This document shows positions 60,117 through 64,000 of a DNA stretch of 64,000 nt, in pieces. The DNA comes from Clostridia bacterium. Its GTDB lineage: Bacteria; Bacillota; Clostridia; TANB77; CAG-465. Each line of letters starts with the position of its first letter. Position 1 is the first letter of the stretch. A model generated the notes under the pieces. That model had not been told where the DNA came from. It made no database searches and saw only the letters and a program-made list of their open reading frames with translations. The position numbers were made by a program, and so were the translations under genes. Location of the stretch: contig JAFYUV010000016.1 of assembly GCA_017549425.1 (NCBI GenBank), forward strand, positions 440 to 64,439, given 5' to 3'.

Positions 60117-60437
60117 TTATTCTATAAAATTATCCTTAAATTCTTTAACTATTTTCTTCAAAACAGCCAATTGTTTATCTGTTAAATATACATCTTCTAT
60201 TTCCTTTGCCGGAACTTCTAAAGAATCTGCAAACAATGTATCTAAACTCATATTTAAAACATTTGCCAACCTAATTGATGTTGTAATACTAGGCGCTTTT
60301 ATTCCTCTTTCAATATCTCCCAAAAAGTTTTGAGATACACCAATTTCTTCAGCTAAAGCAAACTGAGTCATGTCTTTATTTAATCTTCCTTGTCTTACTC
60401 TCTTTCCTAACATTTTTAAATTCAAATAACTTGCCAT
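60117..60437 (-). CDS. XRE-family HTH regulator
   Basis: LGKRVRQGR..MTQFALAEEIGVS..LGDIERG..PS. Confidence 0.88.
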   Translation of the reverse strand: MASYLNLKMLGKRVRQGRLNKDMTQFALAEEIGVSQNFLGDIERGIKAPSITTSIRLANVLNMSLDTLFADSLEVPAKEIEDVYLTDKQLAVLKKIVKEFKDNFIE

Positions 60438-60518
60438 TTTTCTCACCTATAACTAAATATATAGTAATAGTGTGTAAAACAAAACAATCTTTTAGTTTGA
60501 ATAAGAACACACATAGTG

Positions 60519-60914
60519 TTAATCCATCTTAATTGTTATGTAAGCATTAGCTGTTGCATATTCTTTTAAATGAGATATACTAACATCTATATAGAGTTTA
60601 CCGATTTCAACATCTTGTAACACTTCTTTATTTAAAATATTTACAATAGGTCTTTCCTTGCAATTTTTATCATTTAAAATCTCGACATCTAAAAAAACTA
60701 TTTTATCTCCATATTCTCTGGATAATGCTTTATATACTGCCTCTTTTGCTGCAAATCTACCTGCATAATATTGATACCTAATTGTTTCGGATTTTTTATC
60801 CCCAACTTCTATTTCTTTCTGAGTATACACTTTCTCTTTAAACCCCTCTGTATTTAATATAGCTTCTTTTATTCTTTCTACTTCAATTATATCTGTACCA
60901 CAAAAACCTTGCAT
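60519..60914 (-). CDS. acpS: Holo-ACP synthase
   Basis: GTDIIEVERI, AGRFAAKEAVYKAL, VSISH. Confidence 0.95.
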   Translation of the reverse strand: MQGFCGTDIIEVERIKEAILNTEGFKEKVYTQKEIEVGDKKSETIRYQYYAGRFAAKEAVYKALSREYGDKIVFLDVEILNDKNCKERPIVNILNKEVLQDVEIGKLYIDVSISHLKEYATANAYITIKMD

Positions 60915-61029
60915 GTATATATCCTGCCTTTCACTTATTATTGTAAAATTTTATCATAAACATTGATTTTTTTCAAATTTTATATTACAGTAATTATAAT
61001 ATTAAGTAAAGTATATTATTTATATTTGA

Positions 61030-61058
61030 GTTAACTCTAGTGCCCAATTAGAGTTAAC
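61030..61058. repeat. 10-bp inverted repeat upstream of the transglutaminase-like gene
   Basis: GTTAACTCTA-N9-TAGAGTTAAC; possible operator or 5' hairpin. Confidence 0.55.
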
Positions 61059-61099
61059 GTATTCCTTTATTTATCAATAATAATTTTGGTGAGGTATAC

Positions 61100-63274
61100 A
61101 TGAAAAATTTAGAAGAATTAACGCAAATTGAAGATAAATTAAGCTTAATTACAAATAGAGAAAGGCTCTTACAATATGTAGAGACAACACAAGATTATTT
61201 AGATGTGTTTTCTATGCTTAATGATGACGAAAAGTTTGAGGTGCTACGTAGTGATTTTTTTAAAAAACAAGGGTATTTTCTAAAAAGACTAGCTTTAGGA
61301 GCTATTAAAGATGAAAAAATTAAAAGTAAATTATTAAAAAATGGTTATATAAAAACAATAGTGGACGATTCAATTTTATATGAACAAATGTTAATATCTT
61401 TATCTTACGAAAAGCAATTGGAACTCTTACAAGATGGTACCACTATAGAACAATTAGGGCTATCTTCCTACAAAATAACAGGAATAGTAAAGAAACTGTC
61501 TCCCGAACATATATCACACCTTATGAGCAATCCTGAGTTAATTGAAAAAATAGGCATTGATAAATACAGTGTGCCTGGATTATTGTCCAAAATCGAGGAT
61601 GATAAATTAAAAGAAGAAACTATGGCAAAATACGATTTAACAGCTAGTGAAAAAACAAATATTTTAACTTCTTTTTCATATAAATACAAAACCTATTATC
61701 TAGCTACAACCCCAGATTTAAATAAAAACGATATTATAAGAATAATTGGCTCTTTCAAAAAAGATGATTTGGCAATTTTTTTACAATCAAATCAAGATTT
61801 TATGAAAGGAAAAAATATCCGCACATTTGATATAGTGCGAAAGCTTGACAGCGAACAACAACTAGAATTTATAAACAATATGCCACAATTAAATCTAGAT
61901 GAAAAAGAAACTAGGATGATTATTGCAGGCCTTTCAAACGAGACAAAAGAAAAAATAGATCCAAGTTCAATAGAATCCAGTCTTAGACCTCTTTTAAACT
62001 TAAAATTAGAAAACTGGAATGGCGATATTCGCAAAATGAATCAAATAATACCAGATTTAGATGGCGATTTAGAAGTATATAAGGATTTAGATGAACTTTT
62101 ATACACAGCACCATTAACATTAGGCGACCAAGATAAACAAAAGCTTTTAGAACTTGCTAAAATGTGTCCCAATATGATTATTTGCGATAATCTTGCGATT
62201 GGTTCATCAACAGGAAAAGAATTCATAGAAGGAGAGCAATGGATAGCTTCCGTTATTGAAAAAATAAATCCAGAGTGGACAGATGTACAAAAAATGGCTT
62301 TTATCGACACCGAGGTGGGCAAAAAGATTAGTTATTCCCCAAACTTCGGAACTGAAGTAGAAGCCCCTGGTGATGAAAGGGCTTTATGGAAAATCATATC
62401 AAGCGGATATGGTGTATGCAATGGCATTGCTCAAGTAGAACAATATTTATTTTCTAAGGTAGGAATCCAAAGTGATCTAATGACTTCAGGTGTTCACGCA
62501 TTTTTAAAAGTTAGTGGAATAGAAATTCCTACTAAAGATGGAATTAAAAAAGGCGATACTCTTGTTGATCCAACTTGGAATTTAGCAGCATCAAGATATG
62601 GTGGAAAACCACAACATTTTTGTAACGGTTATGATGAGATAAGAAAAGCTGATATCGATTCTAACGGCAAGGACCATAATTGTCACAAAAATGAAGAATT
62701 AGAACATGCCGATTTAATTCACATGGACGAAGAATCTCTAAGAGAAATCTATTCAAGCATAGGCATCGCAGATAAGGATGGTCAATTTCCAATAGCGGAA
62801 CTACTAGACGAAATCGAACAATTAAACAATGCACAAATAAGTACAAAAGAGAATATAATAAAGCGAATGGAATTACTTAAGAAAGCTTGTCCAGAGTATG
62901 CGCAATGTATAAACTCAACTCAAAATATTTTAAGCAAGGCCGTCTTTACCCGCGGCAATAATTTTGACTATGATAGATGCGTTGTTTCAAGAGTATATGA
63001 TAAATCTGATCCAAACAAATCCCCAGTATTGTATACCTATTTTGACAGTCCAGATGAAGGAGAAATGTTTTTTTATGCTGATAAACAATCTGGAGATTTC
63101 AAACAACTTCCAAAAGAATACTTTCAACAAAAGTTTGACTGCTATGATATGGACAAAGAAAAAAACGGCGGTCTAATGACATGGGAGTATGAATTAGAAG
63201 AGGAAGATTTGACTAGAAGCTCAGGAAATATTGAAGCAACTAAAGAAATAAAAAGTGAGGAATTAGAACTATGA
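61100..63274 (+). CDS. Transglutaminase-like (Cys-His-Asp) domain protein, 724 aa
   Basis: GYGVCNGIAQ (Cys), GVHAFL (His), LVDPTWN (Asp); helical N-terminal ~300 aa. Confidence 0.8.
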   Translation: MKNLEELTQIEDKLSLITNRERLLQYVETTQDYLDVFSMLNDDEKFEVLRSDFFKKQGYFLKRLALGAIKDEKIKSKLLKNGYIKTIVDDSILYEQMLISLSYEKQLELLQDGTTIEQLGLSSYKITGIVKKLSPEHISHLMSNPELIEKIGIDKYSVPGLLSKIEDDKLKEETMAKYDLTASEKTNILTSFSYKYKTYYLATTPDLNKNDIIRIIGSFKKDDLAIFLQSNQDFMKGKNIRTFDIVRKLDSEQQLEFINNMPQLNLDEKETRMIIAGLSNETKEKIDPSSIESSLRPLLNLKLENWNGDIRKMNQIIPDLDGDLEVYKDLDELLYTAPLTLGDQDKQKLLELAKMCPNMIICDNLAIGSSTGKEFIEGEQWIASVIEKINPEWTDVQKMAFIDTEVGKKISYSPNFGTEVEAPGDERALWKIISSGYGVCNGIAQVEQYLFSKVGIQSDLMTSGVHAFLKVSGIEIPTKDGIKKGDTLVDPTWNLAASRYGGKPQHFCNGYDEIRKADIDSNGKDHNCHKNEELEHADLIHMDEESLREIYSSIGIADKDGQFPIAELLDEIEQLNNAQISTKENIIKRMELLKKACPEYAQCINSTQNILSKAVFTRGNNFDYDRCVVSRVYDKSDPNKSPVLYTYFDSPDEGEMFFYADKQSGDFKQLPKEYFQQKFDCYDMDKEKNGGLMTWEYELEEEDLTRSSGNIEATKEIKSEELEL

Positions 63275-63456
63275 CTATATTAACAAATAATGGTAATAAT
63301 GACGCGTTTTCTACTAGCAAACAGATAAAGAATTCGTTTATTGAACAACTAAAACAACAAGTAATTATTCCTGATTCGAAAAGAACTAAAACCAATGTTG
63401 AAACAGATATACGTCCAGGAGACGGATTAGGATTAAACTCAAAAATAACCGGATAA
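63271..63456 (+). CDS. Small hypothetical peptide (61 aa), coupled to the upstream gene
   Basis: ATGA start/stop overlap, AGGA 9 nt upstream of the ATG. Confidence 0.55.
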   Translation: MTILTNNGNNDAFSTSKQIKNSFIEQLKQQVIIPDSKRTKTNVETDIRPGDGLGLNSKITG

Positions 63457-63499
63457 CTTTTAAAAGGCTATATAAATTTAACATTTTTACTTCAAAGTC

Positions 63500-63528
63500 T
63501 TGACTTTACTTGGTTATAATGCTATAAT
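63500..63528 (+). promoter_or_regulatory. Sigma-A promoter of the tRNA
   Basis: TTGACT-17-TATAAT. Confidence 0.75.
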
Positions 63529-63540
63529 CATTAAGGTCAG

Positions 63541-63616
63541 CGGGGTGTAGCGCAATTGGTAGCGCACGTGGTTTGGGACCATGGGGTTGCAGGTTCAAGT
63601 CCTGTCACTCCGACCA
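63541..63616 (+). tRNA. tRNA-Pro (TGG)
   Basis: Acceptor CGGGGTG/CACTCCG, anticodon arm CGTGG-TTTGGGA-CCATG, T-loop GGTTCAAGTCC, encoded CCA; terminator hairpin follows. Confidence 0.97.
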
Positions 63617-63767
63617 TAATATAGCAAAAGCAGAGCTAAAATATTGGCTCTGCTTTTGTTTAAATCATTCATGATGTTATTTTACATAGATAACAAAAAT
63701 TTAGCACTATTGACTTTGTTTTTTGTGCTGATATAATATATTTGTTAACTTATTATGGAGGATTATT

Positions 63768-63947
63768 ATGAAAGGTTTTAGATTAAATCCCGATAAAGAA
63801 TATGTCGAAAAAATAATTACAGGTACTTTAAAAAAGGATGGTCATTGTCCTTGTCAAGTGAAGTCTGACGATACCACTCTTTGTCCATGTGACAAATTTA
63901 TAACAGAAGGGAAATGTTGTTGTAAATTATTTATACCAATAGAATAA
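63768..63947 (+). CDS. Minimal ferredoxin-thioredoxin reductase catalytic-subunit-like protein (59 aa)
   Basis: GGAGG RBS; MKGFRLNPDKEYVEKIITGTLKKDGHCPCQVKSDDTTLCPCDKFITEGKCCCKLFIPIE; below the ORF-track cutoff; hairpin terminator after. Confidence 0.8.
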   Translation: MKGFRLNPDKEYVEKIITGTLKKDGHCPCQVKSDDTTLCPCDKFITEGKCCCKLFIPIE

Positions 63948-64000
63948 ATTTCCACCAGCTTAGCTGGTGGTTTTTCATTTTCGGCTAAAAGCCTATACTA

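Noticed and set aside
932-60333. Many 60-220 aa ORFs antisense to or nested in well-supported genes (e.g. 7515-8105, 8241-8705, 18792-19448, 44554-45006, 51704-52159, 56872-57315)
   Set aside because: They are shadow frames of conserved genes, lack an RBS and have Phe/Ser/Leu/Ile-rich composition typical of AT-rich antisense frames.
62964-63176. Out-of-frame 70-aa ORF inside the transglutaminase-like gene
   Set aside because: It is nested on the same strand without an RBS and the main frame is intact.
61100-63616. Island integrated at tRNA-Pro
   Set aside because: The accessory genes lie 5' of the tRNA, there is no integrase, and no duplicate of the tRNA 3' end was seen in the window.
1-64000. 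CRISPR array, rRNA, IS element or integrase
   Set aside because: No regularly spaced short repeats, rRNA-like GC-rich blocks, or transposase/recombinase motifs were seen by eye.

Overview
AT-rich chromosomal window from a spore-forming Firmicute, most likely Clostridia (spo0A, yabG, yaaT, clostridial gene orders; taxonomy is inferred). The backbone is housekeeping: the S10-spc ribosomal operon (rpsJ to secY, with no rpmD), adk, map, tmk-thyA-folA, rpsT, valS, sepF/divIVA, mutS/mutL/miaA, prfA, spo0A, holB, lepB, metG, murD, acpS and tRNA-Pro(TGG). Accessory blocks lie between these. The strongest candidate new system is at 23.5-33.4 kb: TelA + PP2C phosphatase + degenerate vWA + 495-aa unknown + intact vWA + a 1558-aa protein. 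That protein appears to carry up to three pseudokinase modules, two CxxH..CxxC zinc knuckles, one catalytically intact kinase and a beta-rich C-terminus, so the locus looks like an expanded TerY-P-like stress or anti-phage system. Other notable items: a three-gene operon made of nine helicase-associated (HA)-like repeats, a promoter- and terminator-bounded structured sRNA candidate, a poly-G leader peptide whose stop codon abuts a long hairpin upstream of a surface protein, an orphan T4 gp30.3-like NADAR, a transglutaminase-like protein coupled to a small peptide, and a 59-aa FTR-like Fe-S protein missed by the ORF track. No CRISPR array, rRNA, integrase or transposase was seen. All family calls come from motif recognition by eye; no database search was run.
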